This document shows, one piece after another, positions 1-7,107 of a stretch of DNA of 38,521 nucleotides. Source of the stretch: Eubacteriales bacterium. GTDB lineage: Bacteria > Bacillota > Clostridia > Oscillospirales > CAG-272. The first letter of the stretch is position 1. Every line of letters begins with the position of its first letter. Location of the stretch: NCBI GenBank assembly GCA_045532555.1, contig JAZSGD010000137.1, positions 1 to 38,521 of the forward strand. The letters run 5' to 3'. The translations under genes were made by a program, and so were the position numbers. Under the pieces are notes generated by a model. The model saw only the letters and a program-made list of their open reading frames with translations. It made no database searches and had not been told where the DNA came from.

Positions 1-2
1 AC

Positions 3-1241
3 AGCGAGTGGAAAGACCTTCTTACAGCAGTAGACGGAGAGATTTTTATTTATGATGAAATTGGTAATCCAACGTCATACTATAATGGAAGCAGATACAG
101 CTTAGGCTGGACAGAGGGACGAAAGCTTGCTACAATTACAGAAGGTGGAAAGACCACAGATTATCTGTATGATGCAGGCGGAAACCGCATCAAGAAGATA
201 AATGATGATGACAGCTATATCATCTATGTAAATGTGAACGGAGTACCGCTTGGAGAAAAGCACTACAGTGCAGAAGGTGAGCTTACCAAGACGCTCCGCT
301 ACATCTATGATGAGTATGGTTCCGTGTGCGGATACATAGCAAATTCAGCCGATGGTGCAGGAACGTATCACTTTATCAAGAATCTCCAGGGTGATGTAAC
401 GCATGTATATCGTTTGGGAGACAATGCTATTGTGGCATCCTACAGCTATGATTCGTGGGGAAATATCATCAGTGCGACAGGTGAAAAGGCTGAGGAGAAT
501 CCGTTCAGATACAGGGGATATTACTATGATGTTGAGAGTGGATTCTATGCAACTGGAAGCAGATATTATGATCCAGAGATTGGTAGATTTATAAATATAG
601 ATGATGTATCATACCTTGGTATGAATAATTCATCGACAAGCTATAATTTATATACTTACTGCATGAATAATCCAGTTCTTCATAGGGATTCGACTGGAAA
701 TACACCCGAAACGGTATGGGATGTAATTTCTCTTGGATTAAGCGTAGCAGGTGTTATTGCAAATCCATATGATCCATGGGCATGGGCAGGACTTGTAGGA
801 GATGCAATAGACCTTATCCCATTTGTGACAGGTGTTGGTGAAGTTACACGTGGCATTAGAATAGCTAATGGTGCATGTGAGGCTATTGATACCGCTGGTG
901 ATGTAGCAAAAGTTGGAAAAAAAGCACCTGTTGTTATCGGCGAGAATATGAAACGTGTAAGACAATACGCAAAAGAGATTGGAGGACACGCATATCAGCC
1001 GTGGAAAAATGATCCCTTTGATTATAACTTGGCGATGAAACGGAACAAACGATGGATAAAGGATATGATGGCTGAGGGCAGAGAGATTATCGATATTGGA
1101 CCGGATTTTGCTAGAAGAAGGACAGGCGTTGCCCCAAGTGATTTTTACAATATGGAGCGGTCACAAGTGAAAGGATACGCCAATTATACAAAGGTGTTTA
1201 CAAGACAAGGTATTTTCGGAGGAATTTGGAGAGAATGGTAA
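3..1241 (+). CDS. RHS/YD-repeat polymorphic toxin, C-terminal portion (5-prime end lies left of the window)
   Basis: Frame 3 is open from base 3 (SEWKDLLTAVDGEIFIYDEIGNPTSYYNG...), so the listed GTG at 234 is internal. YD-type repeats are present (DYLYDAGGNRIKKI, YIYDEYGS, SYSYDSWGN). RHS core-end motifs RYYDPEIGRFINIDD and NLYTYCMNNPVLHRDSTG follow, then a pre-toxin TG-like segment (IDLIPFVTGVGE) and a divergent approx 125-aa C-terminal tip. Confidence 0.85.
   Translation, partial: SEWKDLLTAVDGEIFIYDEIGNPTSYYNGSRYSLGWTEGRKLATITEGGKTTDYLYDAGGNRIKKINDDDSYIIYVNVNGVPLGEKHYSAEGELTKTLRYIYDEYGSVCGYIANSADGAGTYHFIKNLQGDVTHVYRLGDNAIVASYSYDSWGNIISATGEKAEENPFRYRGYYYDVESGFYATGSRYYDPEIGRFINIDDVSYLGMNNSSTSYNLYTYCMNNPVLHRDSTGNTPETVWDVISLGLSVAGVIANPYDPWAWAGLVGDAIDLIPFVTGVGEVTRGIRIANGACEAIDTAGDVAKVGKKAPVVIGENMKRVRQYAKEIGGHAYQPWKNDPFDYNLAMKRNKRWIKDMMAEGREIIDIGPDFARRRTGVAPSDFYNMERSQVKGYANYTKVFTRQGIFGGIWREW
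535..793. repeat. direct repeat copy A (RHS core end plus pre-toxin region)
   Basis: Hand alignment with 1839-2097 at offset 1304 gives about 9 mismatches in 259 nt. Identity is perfect over 633-750 and 752-793 and decays sharply after 793. Confidence 0.9.
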
Positions 1242-1664
1242 ATGAATAAAATGGTATTATGCCAACTGGCAGAGGAACTACAAAAACTAGGCGAAGGCCT
1301 TGATTTCAGAAACCAAGTTATACGGACGAGTTACGGCGTGTCGGAAATATATGTTGTAAATAGGCACGCACTACAATTAGAAGTTGACTGGCGGGAAAAC
1401 AATCTGTTTATGTATGTGGTGTATTTGAAGAATAATAGTTTGCCGGATAAGGACGTGCTTTATCATTATGGTGATGGACACTGGTGCAGAAAATATCTAG
1501 AGGAACTCTATCTAGTAAAACGGCCAATCATAAAAGACCATAATAGAAGGTACTCAACAGCATATTTGTTTGATTGTTTTGCGTTCTATACCAACCTGAT
1601 AAACAGCAACACAGATATCCTAAAGAATTTTGGAGTTACAGGTAATATAGTTAATTCCTTTTGA
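1242..1664 (+). CDS. putative cognate immunity protein of the RHS toxin tip (no family recognised)
   Basis: The ATG directly abuts the toxin stop (TAAATG at 1239-1244). It is a 140-aa protein with no signal peptide, in the position typical of toxin-immunity pairs. Confidence 0.6.
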   Translation: MNKMVLCQLAEELQKLGEGLDFRNQVIRTSYGVSEIYVVNRHALQLEVDWRENNLFMYVVYLKNNSLPDKDVLYHYGDGHWCRKYLEELYLVKRPIIKDHNRRYSTAYLFDCFAFYTNLINSNTDILKNFGVTGNIVNSF

Positions 1665-1759
1665 ACGAGCAAATCATTAAAAGGTTTCAGGAATAGTCCT
1701 GACAAGTGCTAATGGTCACCCATTGGCGATGATTGCTGGTACATAACAGTTCCTTTCTC

Positions 1760-1818
1760 TTTTTCGGCAAGGTCCCCACCGAAAAAAATAACATCCCGGA
1801 GGGAACAACCCCTCCGGG
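1760..1818 (+). terminator. two adjacent hairpins downstream of the immunity gene (terminator-like)
   Basis: TTTTTCGG (1760-1767) pairs with CCGAAAAA (1779-1786). CCCGGAGGG (1795-1803) pairs with CCCTCCGGG (1810-1818). The second hairpin lacks a plus-strand T tract, so function is uncertain. Confidence 0.35.
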
Positions 1819-1838
1819 TACATAGTAGAACCCAGCCC

Positions 1839-2097
1839 AGAGTGGATTCTATGCAACTGGCAGCAGATATTATGATCCTGAGATTGGTCGATTTATAAAT
1901 GCGGATGATGTCTCATACCTTGGTATGAATAATTCGTCGACAAGCTATAATTTATATACTTACTGCATGAATAATCCAGTTCTTCATAGGGATTCGACTG
2001 GAAATACACCCGAAACGGTATGGGATGTAATTTCTCTTGGATTAAGCGTAGCAGATGTTATTGCAAATCCATATGATCCATGGGCATGGGCAGGACT
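1839..2097. repeat. direct repeat copy B (start of orphan toxin module)
   Basis: Same alignment as copy A. Homology starts 10 nt after an in-frame TAG (1826-1828), so this copy has no upstream coding continuation. Confidence 0.9.
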
Positions 2098-2434
2098 CGC
2101 AGGTGATGTTGTTGATGTGGCAATTCCGTTTGTTGGTGGCGTTGGCGAGGCGATTAAGGTTGCTAAGGTTGTTAATACAGTAGGGGATACGGCAGATTCG
2201 ATACATGATGCGAGTAAAGTTGCTAGAGGAATTGATGAATTAACAGATGTGAGTATAAATACTGCTCGTACCACAAAGAATTTGCGTTCAAGTGCAGTAA
2301 GACAAGCTTGGAAAAATGAAGTGATTCTTGTGCAAAATACAGGTAAAGGTACTCGTGTATGGACAGATTTGGAAATAGAAGAACTTCTAACAAATGGAAA
2401 AGTAAAAGGTTACGTTGGGCATCATATGAAGAGT
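1839..2434 (+). pseudogene. orphan RHS toxin tip of the GHH-signature HNH/EndoVII nuclease type, without its own start and truncated at the 3-prime end
   Basis: It shares the RHS core-end/PT-TG region with the main gene, then diverges into ...AVRQAWKNEVILVQNTGKGTRVWTDLEIEELLTNGKVKGYVGHHMKS. That matches my recollection of the Tox-GHH family up to the GHH signature (codons 2417-2425). The remainder of the nuclease fold is missing, and the frame reads on as unrelated sequence to TGA at 2699-2701. Confidence 0.7.
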
Positions 2435-2856
2435 CCGCAGTGCAAAATGGAAGTCAACAGAAAAAATCGGACTTTAACGCACTTTATTTACCTACTCCGC
2501 AAAATTGCCGAACAGCAACCGTTCTCTACTATTATAACCTCTATTCGAACTCTTTACAAGACCCGATTTTTCAAGAGAAATGGTGGAGAGAAAGCCGATA
2601 ACCACAAGTCGAACCGTTGCAAAAAGCCTTATATATCAAGGGTTTTCGGCGTTTGCTATCCAATGTCGCAAGCGGATTTCGAATCCGCAGAGCAAATTTG
2701 AAGATATGAGAAGTCGAGAGCAAGTAAAGGCAGATAGCAGTAAATGATATTCGTTGTAAAATCAGCGGTTTCCAAGGCTAAAACCGAAAAAAGCCTTGAA
2801 AAACGGGTCGATTTGAACCCACGAAAATCGGGGTGTTTGAAGGTCATTTTTCAGCC

Positions 2857-2926
2857 AAAATGAGAGAAAATGGAGAGAAAAACACCCCGTTGGAGAGAAA
2901 AATGGAGAGAAAAAAAGAGAGAAAAT
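2857..2926 (+). repeat. cluster of short direct repeats TGGAGAGAAAAA / GAGAGAAAA in the element terminal non-coding region
   Basis: TGGAGAGAAAAA occurs at 2871, 2891 and 2903. Variants: TGAGAGAAAA at 2861, AGAGAGAAAA at 2916, and TGGAGAGAAAG at 2584. A 10-bp inverted repeat CGGGGTGTTT (2829-2838) / AAACACCCCG (2880-2889) brackets part of the cluster. Confidence 0.6.
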
Positions 2927-3013
2927 AACCGCATAAATCAAGCGGTTTTCGACACTACGAAGTTTAGCAAATGGCTATGCCGTTGACCAATCATTACGTA
3001 ATGAGGTGTAGCT

Positions 3014-3592
3014 ATGGAACAGATAACCATTGAATATTTGAGAACTACATATCCCGAAGAAATCACCAAGGATCAATTTTATAGGATATGTCACATCAGT
3101 AAAAAGACCGCATCGTATCTTTTGGAAAGCGGTATCGTCCCCTGTCGGAACAGCGGAAAGAAAACTCGCAAATATAAGATACTTCTTACTGACGTTATCC
3201 GTTACCTTGAACAACGGGAACTTGACCCTCTGATTTTCAAGGCACCCGAAAATTACTACAAAAACGGATACGGTGAACGCCCACTTGGATTACGGGCAGT
3301 AAAGCTATCAGAGGTTCGCAAAGACCTTCTACGGGACGTATTTGCAAAGCAGATTTCCCATTATGACGACGTTATCACTCCCGATGAGGTTGCAGAAATA
3401 CTCGGATACACCGTAAAATCGGTTTCCGAATGGTGCTTGAAGGGCGAACTAAAGTCCTTCCTAATATATAACAGGTGCAAAATCCCAAAAGAGTATCTGC
3501 TTGACTTTATGATCTCCGAGCGCTGCTTGATGATTGTACGCAAGTCAGCAAAGCATAAGCAGATGCTTGAAGATGCTCTAAAAAAAGTATAG
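3014..3592 (+). CDS. DNA-binding protein with two excisionase/MerR-like HTH modules (possible recombination directionality or regulatory factor)
   Basis: SD GAGGTG lies 5 nt upstream. Two similar segments are present: ITKDQFYRICHISKKTASYLLESGIVPC...ILLTDVIRYL and ITPDEVAEILGYTVKSVSEWCLKGELKSF...IPKEYLLDFM. It is the first gene inside the element end. Confidence 0.6.
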   Translation: MEQITIEYLRTTYPEEITKDQFYRICHISKKTASYLLESGIVPCRNSGKKTRKYKILLTDVIRYLEQRELDPLIFKAPENYYKNGYGERPLGLRAVKLSEVRKDLLRDVFAKQISHYDDVITPDEVAEILGYTVKSVSEWCLKGELKSFLIYNRCKIPKEYLLDFMISERCLMIVRKSAKHKQMLEDALKKV

Positions 3593-3612
3593 TGCAAATG
3601 TCAAATTTGCAC
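3592..3612. promoter_or_regulatory. AT-rich inverted repeat GTGCAAAT-N5-ATTTGCAC directly after the HTH gene stop
   Basis: A perfect 8-bp inverted repeat (3592-3599 / 3605-3612) with no following T tract. It could be an operator or a weak terminator. Confidence 0.3.
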
Positions 3613-3669
3613 ATTGGAGCTTTTGGAGCGTTTTTGCTACACTATTATTGAAAGGAAGGTGTAATCGCA

Positions 3670-3960
3670 ATGAAAAGTTTTATAGAAGAATTTTACTACG
3701 GCAATATCGAGCCGCAGGGACGCAGCCGAAAGCAAAGTCCCGCCGTTAAAAAGGAGTTTGATCTATTAACGAAGAACGAGGAACTGCTTACACAGGCACT
3801 TACCGACGAAAACAAGAAACTGTTTCTTGAATATGTCAATGCTTGGGGTGTTGTAAACGGTGAGTCCTCCGCAGACAGCTTTATGGTCGGTTTTCGGTTG
3901 GGAGCAGCATTTGTGTACGATACCTTTGTAGCAGGTTCAATCCCTACATACGATAAGTAA
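3670..3960 (+). CDS. hypothetical protein (ICE-associated, 96 aa)
   Basis: SD GAAAGGAAGGTG lies upstream. The ORF is clean with no competing frame. No family is named with confidence. Confidence 0.6.
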   Translation: MKSFIEEFYYGNIEPQGRSRKQSPAVKKEFDLLTKNEELLTQALTDENKKLFLEYVNAWGVVNGESSADSFMVGFRLGAAFVYDTFVAGSIPTYDK

Positions 3961-3971
3961 AGGAGCAGAGT

Positions 3972-4139
3972 ATGAAAAACAAACGATATATGTCTCTGAA
4001 CAATGAGCAACACACCACCTTGCTCCGCTGCCTTGTGGAGTTTAAGAACGACCTTGTTCGTCAAGGCAGAACCGCCGATATTGTGGACGAGGTAATCCTA
4101 AAAGTGATGAACGCACCCGTGAAAAAGTTAAGAGTATGA
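3972..4139 (+). CDS. small hypothetical protein (55 aa), paralogue of the 28696-28884 product
   Basis: Not in the ORF track because it is under 60 aa. AGGAGCAGAG lies just upstream of ATG 3972. The product is MKNKRYMSLNNEQHTTLLRCLVEFKNDLVRQGRTADIVDEVILKVMNAPVKKLRV. It shares L..EQ...L...L.....DL.....R..DIVDEV.LK...AP.KK.R with the 62-aa ORF upstream of the coupling protein gene. Confidence 0.6.
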   Translation: MKNKRYMSLNNEQHTTLLRCLVEFKNDLVRQGRTADIVDEVILKVMNAPVKKLRV

Positions 4140-4155
4140 CCTACATAACCGCACA

Positions 4156-4187
4156 GCCGCTTATTCCAAAAGAATAGGCGGCTTTTT
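4156..4187 (+). terminator. rho-independent terminator
   Basis: GCCGCTTATTC (4156-4166) pairs with GAATAGGCGGC (4172-4182), 11 bp with one G-U pair and loop CAAAA, followed by TTTTT. Confidence 0.7.
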
Positions 4188-4252
4188 CTATTCCCCTACA
4201 TAGCCGATCATTCGCCGTGGTCGGCTAAATCTGTGTAAAGGAGGACACGCAA

Positions 4253-5074
4253 ATGGCGAAAACAAAGGTTATTGCCGTAGCAAACCAAAAGGGCGGCGTG
4301 GGTAAAACCACAACCGTGTATAATCTCGGAGCCGGTCTTGCGATGCACGGCAAAAAGGTCTTGCTTGTGGATGTTGACCCACAGGGCGATTTAACCAAGA
4401 TGTTAGGACAGCGCAAACCCCACGATATGCCGTTGACCCTCGGAAACTGTATGAACGATATTGTTGCAGGAAACGAGGTCACGGAGCATCCGGAAATCCT
4501 GCATCATTATGAAGGATTTGACTTTGTACCCGGCAACCGCACCTTGTCTGCGGTGGAAACGGGACTTGTCAATGCGTTCAGCCGTGAAACCGTACTGCGA
4601 CAGTATATTGATAGTGTAAAAGACGGTTACGACTATGTGTTGCTTGATTGCCGCCCGTCCCTCGGTATGTTGGTTATCAATGCCTTGTCTGCATCCGATT
4701 ACGTGCTCGTCCCCGTACAAGCGGAGTATTTTGCGGCGGAAGATATGACCGAACTACTCGGCACGGTACGGCAGGTAAAGCGGCAGATCAATCCCAAGTT
4801 AGAGGTAGGCGGAATATTCTTGACGATGGCGAATGACACCAATTTCCGCAAGGATGTGGTAAAGGCTATCAAGGAAAACTACAAACGGCACTTTCCTGTA
4901 TTCGATACAGTTATCCCCGCTACCGTAAGACTTGGAGAGATCAGCACCAAGGACAAGAGCATATTTAAGCACGACCCCAACGGCAAAGCCGCAAAAGCGT
5001 ATGCAAACTTGGTAAAGGAGGTGCAAGGAATTGGCGAAAGACAGCGTATCCAACCTTCTGACCTCAGTAGATGA
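4253..5074 (+). CDS. parA: ParA/Soj-family partition ATPase
   Basis: Deviant Walker A motif KVIAVANQKGGVGKTTT. SD AAGGAGG lies upstream. Length is 273 aa, and a ParB-like gene follows. Confidence 0.9.
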   Translation: MAKTKVIAVANQKGGVGKTTTVYNLGAGLAMHGKKVLLVDVDPQGDLTKMLGQRKPHDMPLTLGNCMNDIVAGNEVTEHPEILHHYEGFDFVPGNRTLSAVETGLVNAFSRETVLRQYIDSVKDGYDYVLLDCRPSLGMLVINALSASDYVLVPVQAEYFAAEDMTELLGTVRQVKRQINPKLEVGGIFLTMANDTNFRKDVVKAIKENYKRHFPVFDTVIPATVRLGEISTKDKSIFKHDPNGKAAKAYANLVKEVQGIGERQRIQPSDLSR

Positions 5075-5963
5075 GCTTTTCACAACCCAAGAGGAACGGG
5101 ACATAGCTAAGCGAGAAACCGTGATGGATATTCCATTAGCGGAAATCAGCGATTTTCCTAACCACCCGTTTAAGGTAACGGTGGATGAAAAGATGCTTGA
5201 AATGGCAGACAGCGTAAAGCGGTACGGGGTGTTAGTCCCTGCCATTGTACGACCGAAGCAAGGCGGCGGTTATGAAATGATTGCCGGACATAGGCGTAAA
5301 AAGGCAAGTGAGCTTGCGGAGCGACCGACACTTAACTGTATTGTCCGTGATCTGACTGACGATGAAGCCATTATTATAATGGTAGACTCCAACCTGCAAA
5401 GAGAGGTTATCTTGCCGAGCGAAAAGGCGTTTGCTTATAAAATGAAGTTGGACGCTATGAAACGGCAAGGACAAAGGACGGATTTAACTTGTGCAACACC
5501 GTTGCACAAGTCGGACGGAAAGAAAAGTCGAGAGATTCTTGCAGAACAGACGGGCGAAAGTCACGAACAAATCCGCAAGTTTATCCGTCTTACCGAACTT
5601 ATCCCCGAATTGCTTGATATGGTGGACGAGAACAAAATCGCATTAAGACCCGCCGTAGAGCTTTCCTACCTTGCCGAAAAAGAACAACGGCTACTGTATG
5701 AGGAAATCGGGTACTCCGATTGCACCCCGTCCCACGCACAGGCAATTAAAATGCGTAAGTTTGCCGAGCAAGGTCAATTAACCGCCGAGGTCATTTCTTC
5801 CATTATGCAGGAGGAAAAGCCTAACCAAAAGGAGCAGTTTAGGATGCCAAGAGAAAAAATCAGCAAGTATTTTCCTGCGGGGACGCCTGCGGAAAAGATT
5901 GAGGACACCATTATCAAGGCGCTGGAGCTGTATCGCAGACGACAGCGTGATATGGAGCGTTGA
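5031..5963 (+). CDS. parB: ParB/Spo0J-like nuclease-domain DNA-binding protein
   Basis: ParB N-terminal box LVPAIVRPKQGGGYEMIAGHRRKKA. TTG start at 5031 lies 9 nt after AGGAGG and overlaps the parA end. Confidence 0.85.
   Translation: MAKDSVSNLLTSVDELFTTQEERDIAKRETVMDIPLAEISDFPNHPFKVTVDEKMLEMADSVKRYGVLVPAIVRPKQGGGYEMIAGHRRKKASELAERPTLNCIVRDLTDDEAIIIMVDSNLQREVILPSEKAFAYKMKLDAMKRQGQRTDLTCATPLHKSDGKKSREILAEQTGESHEQIRKFIRLTELIPELLDMVDENKIALRPAVELSYLAEKEQRLLYEEIGYSDCTPSHAQAIKMRKFAEQGQLTAEVISSIMQEEKPNQKEQFRMPREKISKYFPAGTPAEKIEDTIIKALELYRRRQRDMER
5488..5510. promoter_or_regulatory. perfect 10-bp inverted repeat CTTGTGCAAC-ACC-GTTGCACAAG inside parB (candidate parS-like centromere site)
   Basis: Read directly from the sequence. 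No second copy was noticed elsewhere in the window. Confidence 0.4.
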
Positions 5964-6094
5964 TGTGACTACCAAGGGGTTAGTGTACCCTTTTATATCA
6001 AGGGGAACGGCGGTGGTCGTTTGCTCCCCCTCTCCACACCTCACCCCCTCAAAAACCTGCTGTACCTGCCGAAAAAAGAGATATTATCGCAGAC

Positions 6095-6122
6095 TTGCAA
6101 ATTGTCGAAATCTCCGTAAACT
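6095..6122 (+). promoter_or_regulatory. possible sigma-A-type promoter for the lipoprotein/adhesin genes
   Basis: TTGCAA (6095-6100), a 16-nt spacer, then TAAACT (6117-6122), about 25 nt upstream of the SD AAAGGAGG. Confidence 0.3.
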
Positions 6123-6145
6123 GAAAGCCAAAAGGAGGTTTTACG

Positions 6146-7024
6146 ATGAAACGCATATTTTCAATTTCGGCAGTTATCCTCATTCTCTTAACAGGCTGTA
6201 ACAATTCGACGGAATTATCGGATACGCCTACGGAGAGCACACCCGCTATTGTGATAACGGAAACGGTTACAACCTCTACTACCGAGAACGAAGATCCGAA
6301 AGGGACAACTGATAATGCTGATGCGGCATCTTCTTTTTCGGCAAGTAACGAAACGGTTACGACCGAACCCGAAGAAACGATAAGCGAAACCAAGCCAACC
6401 GTGACTACCGAGCAGCCTACCCAAACGGAGAAAAAGGAAACGACATCTACTACGCCTACCGAAACAAAACCCTCTGTAACAGATACGGAGCCGCAGGAAA
6501 CTCAGCCAGAGGAAACCGAGCCACCCGTTACGACGGAAGAACCCGTTATCATTCCCGAAGTAAAGCGACCGAGCGCAAGTGAAATCGAAGCCAAAACCGC
6601 TGAATATATCAATCAGTACCGTTTGGCACAAGGCGACACGCAGACGGTTATTTTACCCGGACTCACCGCCGTTGCCGAATACCGAGCCAAGCAGCTTATC
6701 ACAAGCTTTTCTCACGCCGATAGTGCCGATGCCTGTACTGCTTTGCAATACGGTGAGTTTGTGGATATGACACTTTACGGTTGTGATGCAAGCGCCAATT
6801 ACTACCAAGGCTACAATCGTGAAGCCATCGCCAAAGGAAATTGGGTCGGTACGGCTGATGAAATTGCACAGAGAATTGCTACGGGGTTTAAGAATAGCAG
6901 TAAGCATTGGAACTATGTAGGCAGCTCTGAATACGGTTATATGGCGGTGGGTGCGGTGTACGACTCCGCAACATCCTCTTGGTACGTGTGCATCTGTATG
7001 AGCAGTAAGAATTACGGCGGTTAA
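6146..7024 (+). CDS. lipoprotein with a T/E/P-rich linker and a C-terminal CAP/SCP (YkwD-like) domain
   Basis: Signal peptide plus lipobox LLTGC. A long low-complexity T/E/P region follows. The C-terminal pattern is YINQYRLAQG...AEYRAKQL..SFSH...REAIAKG...FKNSSKHWNYV...YGYMAVGAV....WYVCICM. Confidence 0.65.
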   Translation: MKRIFSISAVILILLTGCNNSTELSDTPTESTPAIVITETVTTSTTENEDPKGTTDNADAASSFSASNETVTTEPEETISETKPTVTTEQPTQTEKKETTSTTPTETKPSVTDTEPQETQPEETEPPVTTEEPVIIPEVKRPSASEIEAKTAEYINQYRLAQGDTQTVILPGLTAVAEYRAKQLITSFSHADSADACTALQYGEFVDMTLYGCDASANYYQGYNREAIAKGNWVGTADEIAQRIATGFKNSSKHWNYVGSSEYGYMAVGAVYDSATSSWYVCICMSSKNYGG

Positions 7025-7045
7025 AACCGAATACCCATTTACGCT

Positions 7046-7079
7046 GAACGCTTGATTTTACATCAGGCGTTCTTTTTTT
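7046..7079 (+). terminator. rho-independent terminator
   Basis: GAACGCTTGA (7046-7055) pairs with TCAGGCGTTC (7063-7072), with one G-U pair, followed by a T7 run. Confidence 0.7.
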
Positions 7080-7107
7080 ATCCAAAACAAGAAAGGATTG
7101 AAGATTT

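Noticed and set aside
2653-2695. tRNA-like fragment: GCGGATT-TCG-AATCCGC resembling a T arm, flanked by TTGCTAT / AGAGCAA, which could form an acceptor-like stem
   Set aside because: The loop does not fit the canonical TTCRANN T-loop register. There is no D arm or anticodon arm, and the whole structure is only 43 nt. It is best treated as an ordinary hairpin near the element end, not a tRNA gene or tRNA attachment site.
2435-2701. The 3-prime part of the track ORF 1925-2701, and the overlapping ORF 2359-2601, as real coding sequence
   Set aside because: After GHHMKS neither frame continues the nuclease fold. The sequence looks like read-through into the element terminus.
2857-2928. The GGAGAGAAA repeat cluster read as a CRISPR array, or as a 22-codon ORF (2860-2928, MRENGEKNTPLERKMERKKERK)
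   Set aside because: The units are only 10-12 nt, are contiguous or separated by 8 nt, and have no spacers of CRISPR size. The tiny ORF has no SD, and its ERK periodicity is just the repeat read in frame.
6028-6052. A polypyrimidine tract CTCCCCCTCTCCACACCTCACCCCCTC (G-rich on the minus strand) between parB and the lipoprotein gene, considered as a G-quadruplex or a further TGGAGAG site
   Set aside because: Only two long G runs are present, so only a weak two-tetrad structure is possible. A single TGGAGAG match on the opposite strand is within chance expectation.
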